A stretch of DNA of 45,224 bases from Rhodanobacteraceae bacterium. GTDB taxonomy: Bacteria; Pseudomonadota; Gammaproteobacteria; Xanthomonadales; Rhodanobacteraceae. The position numbers and the translations under genes are program-made. Numbering within the stretch: position 1 is the first letter of the stretch; every line of letters begins with the position of its first letter. Where the stretch lies: NCBI GenBank assembly GCA_035253005.1, contig DATFCO010000220.1:1-45224 (forward strand). The letters are read 5' to 3'. Shown in pieces: positions 43,151-45,224 of this stretch. The notes beneath the pieces were generated by a model. That model was not told where the DNA came from. It searched no databases and saw only the letters and a program-made list of their open reading frames with translations.

Positions 43151-43636
43151 TCACTGCGCCGCGGCTTCCCGCGACCACGCGGTGACCCAGCGTTGCACCG
43201 TCACGGGATTTTCAATGACGGGATGCTTGGCGATCACTGCGCGAGCGAAAGCGGCGGCGGACTTGTACACCGTCTTGCCGGCGCGCCACTCCAGCCACAG
43301 TTTGAAGGTTTCCCGCATGGCCGCCTGCTTGGGATCATTGGCGAGCTTGGCCGAGACGGCGGCCTTGGCCTTTTCCAACGTTAGTGCGCGATGCGCGACA
43401 TGGATCAACGCCGCGACAGCCTCCGGGCTGAGCGGGTGCTCCCGGCAGTACGCCACCGCTTCGTCCATGTCGGCATAGCGCAGATTTTCGAAAACGCGTT
43501 CGGCTTCCTTCTTCGCGGCAAGGAAGCGCGCCACCAACGGTTTGAAAGACTCCGCAGTCTTCAAGATTCCTGGGTAACGCTCGGGATTTTCGCGCAGTTC
43601 ACGCAGAGTAATTCGCTTCTTGGCAGTCGTCACCAT
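43151..43636 (-). CDS. Hypothetical protein (helical, basic), ICE core next to the integrase
   Basis: 161 aa with good coding-type codon usage. No recognised motif. Confidence 0.55.
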   Translation of the reverse strand: MVTTAKKRITLRELRENPERYPGILKTAESFKPLVARFLAAKKEAERVFENLRYADMDEAVAYCREHPLSPEAVAALIHVAHRALTLEKAKAAVSAKLANDPKQAAMRETFKLWLEWRAGKTVYKSAAAFARAVIAKHPVIENPVTVQRWVTAWSREAAAQ

Positions 43637-43717
43637 TGAATACCTTCTTTCTTTTACTTATTGAGTCGAGATCGGCTGCAACGCGGACTTACGATTTCTC
43701 TCTATCACCTGCCCTTT

Positions 43718-45070
43718 TTACGCGCATCGCTTCAAAGGAAGAGGAAGCGCACGCAAGGTGTCAAGGTGATCTGCCCATGCCTGCATCATTTTCCGACGCT
43801 CCTCCATGTACGCGGCCTTGTTGTAAACAGCTCGCACGCCCTGCCCCTTGTGCGCCAACTGTCGCTCGATCGCGTCCGGATTCCAGCCCAGCTCGTTCAG
43901 AAGCGTTGATGCCATGTGCCGGAACCCGTGTCCGGTCATGGTTTCCCCGTCGTAGCCAAGGCGGCACAGCGCGGCGTTGATGGTCGCATTCGACATCGGG
44001 CGTTTGGGATCGCGCACCCCCGGGAACAGATATTTTCCGTGGCCAGTGAGTGCATGCAGCTCGCGAAGAATTTTGACCGCCTGCCTAGCCAATGGCACCA
44101 CATGCGAAGGTGTTTGTGGATCCTCCTTCAGCTTTTTCTTGAGTTTGCGCCGCATGGCTGGAATCCGCCATTCCGACGAAGCAAAATCCACTTCCGCCCA
44201 TTCGGCGCCGCGCAGTTCCCCGGGGCGTACAAAGAACAACGGGGCCAAACGCAATGCGCAAGCAGTGGGAAACTGTCCCTTAAAACCATCGATGGCACGC
44301 AGCAATGCAGCCACGTCATCTGGATCAGTGAGCGTCGCATAACTCCGTTTGCTGTGCTCAGGCAAGGTGCCTGCCAGATTGCCCGCCGGGTCCCGACTGA
44401 CACGGTCATCGCGCCCTGCATACCGGAAGACGGCACTAATTTGTTGGCGCAAACGATGCGCCATGTCCAGCGTCCCCCGCCTCACCAGGCGATCGAGCAG
44501 TGGACGGATTTCTGCGGTACCGAGATCCGCGATGGGTGTTTTGCCGATCCAGGGAAAGGCGTGGATCTCCAACCGCCGCCGTTCCTTCTCAAATTGGCTC
44601 GCAACCCACCCGCTCTTCTTCATGGCCAGCCATTCGCGGGCAACAGCCTCGAACGAGTTGGCAGCAGAAACTTTCAATCTGGCGCTTTCGGCCCTCTTCA
44701 ACAGGCCTGGATCGTTGCCTGCGCGTATTGCCATGCGGGCCTTGTCTCGCGCATCCCGCGCGTTCGACAGCGACACCTCTGGATATGCACCTAATCCGAT
44801 CCGTCTCTCTTTTCCAGCGTGCCGGTACTTCAAACGCCACCACTTCGAACCGGTTGGAGAAACTGTCAGGTACAAACCGCCCGAGTCGTACAGGTTGTAA
44901 GGCTTATCTCCAGGCGCAGCCTGACGCACGCGCGCATCCGTTAACCTCGCTACTTTCTTCAAGATTCCTGTCCTTGGGGATACCGATTGAGAAAACCGAT
45001 GCAAATCAGCTCCGGTATCCCCAACGGTATCCCAACTTTCGGCAGGCTGCAACGGGATGAGAGAGGACAT
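43718..45070 (-). CDS. int: P4-type tyrosine integrase (DUF4102 N-terminal arm-binding domain plus phage integrase catalytic domain)
   Basis: ARLTDARVRQAAPGDKPYNLYDSGGLYLTVSPTGSKWWRLKYR is the DUF4102 signature. C-terminal HGFRHMASTLL...LAH...Y catalytic residues. Start is ambiguous: ATG 45070, TTG 45079, or TTG 44962, which gives MKKVARLTD. Confidence 0.9.
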   Translation of the reverse strand: MSSLIPLQPAESWDTVGDTGADLHRFSQSVSPRTGILKKVARLTDARVRQAAPGDKPYNLYDSGGLYLTVSPTGSKWWRLKYRHAGKERRIGLGAYPEVSLSNARDARDKARMAIRAGNDPGLLKRAESARLKVSAANSFEAVAREWLAMKKSGWVASQFEKERRRLEIHAFPWIGKTPIADLGTAEIRPLLDRLVRRGTLDMAHRLRQQISAVFRYAGRDDRVSRDPAGNLAGTLPEHSKRSYATLTDPDDVAALLRAIDGFKGQFPTACALRLAPLFFVRPGELRGAEWAEVDFASSEWRIPAMRRKLKKKLKEDPQTPSHVVPLARQAVKILRELHALTGHGKYLFPGVRDPKRPMSNATINAALCRLGYDGETMTGHGFRHMASTLLNELGWNPDAIERQLAHKGQGVRAVYNKAAYMEERRKMMQAWADHLDTLRALPLPLKRCA

Positions 45071-45148
45071 CACGCACAAAAAAACCCGCTAGGAATGCGG
45101 GTTTCATCGAGTCTCGGGGATGACGTGGGACGCGGCTGGATCGCTATA

Positions 45149-45223
45149 TGGTGGGCCGTGATGGGATCGAACCATCGACCAACGGATTAAAAGTCCGCTG
45201 CTCTACCGCTGAGCTAACGGCCC
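45149..45223 (-). tRNA. tRNA-Lys (anticodon UUU)
   Basis: The reverse complement folds as a cloverleaf: acceptor GGGCCGT/ACGGCCC, D stem GCTC/GAGC, anticodon stem GCGGA/TCCGT with loop CTTTTAA, T stem GATGG/CCATC with TTCGATC loop, and an encoded CCA. Confidence 0.92.
45151..45168. repeat. att core within the tRNA-Lys 3' end (partner of 475-492)
   Basis: Exact 18-bp identity with 475-492. Confidence 0.8.
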
Positions 45224-45224
45224 G

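Larger units (their letters stand above)
475..45168. mobile_element. Integrative conjugative element (~44.7 kb) in tRNA-Lys, MPF-T (VirB/D4) type with VirD2-like relaxase
   Basis: Bounded by 18-bp direct repeats, one inside the tRNA 3' end. The integrase sits next to the tRNA. The element has T4SS, coupling protein, relaxase, MobC, ParAB and AlpA. Confidence 0.8.

Noticed and set aside
1-45224. CRISPR arrays, rRNA genes, IS elements or transposases
   Set aside because: No regularly spaced direct repeats with unique spacers were seen; the only tandem repeats are coding Met-rich units in copB. No DDE or serine recombinase-like ORF was seen. The only recombinase is the tyrosine integrase.

Overview
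Almost the whole window is one ~44.7-kb integrative conjugative element (ICE) inserted at the 3' end of a tRNA-Lys(UUU) gene (45149-45223, minus strand). An exact 18-bp copy of the tRNA 3' end (45151-45168) recurs at 475-492 and delimits the element. A second, degenerate copy at 284-305 looks like an older integration scar. A truncated chromosomal gene runs off the left edge (1-173).

From the tRNA side inward, the ICE carries:
- a P4-type tyrosine integrase, an AlpA-like regulator and ParA/ParB;
- MobC plus a VirD2-like relaxase, with a candidate oriT (TATCCTG/C core);
- a ~19.5-kb heavy-metal cargo with no IS elements or transposases: copL-copA-copB, a cytochrome c fusion, a DUF4396-like membrane protein, cusF-like, a Csp-like Cys-rich four-helix protein, an orphan CheR-like methyltransferase, MarR plus a membrane protein, MerR plus a P1B ATPase, an RcnR/DmeR-like repressor plus a CDF exporter, and a second CopL/DUF2946-like gene plus cusCBA;
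- an LPD7-like protein and a VirB2-VirB11/VirD4 type IV secretion system;
- a RES-Xre toxin-antitoxin pair, RadC, and an XRE plus ImmA/IrrE pair.

At the att-distal tip sits a compositionally foreign four-gene operon. It encodes a ubiquitin-like protein ending in GG-A, an E2-like protein, a JAMM/JAB peptidase and an E1-like ThiF protein. This is a Bil-type ubiquitin-like conjugation system. Together with the divergent XRE/ImmA module and its location on a conjugative element, it is the most interesting content of the window.

All calls come from reading motifs, start and stop contexts and repeats by eye. No database search or computation was run. Gene content (copLAB order) suggests a GC-rich Xanthomonadales-like gammaproteobacterium, but this is not verified.
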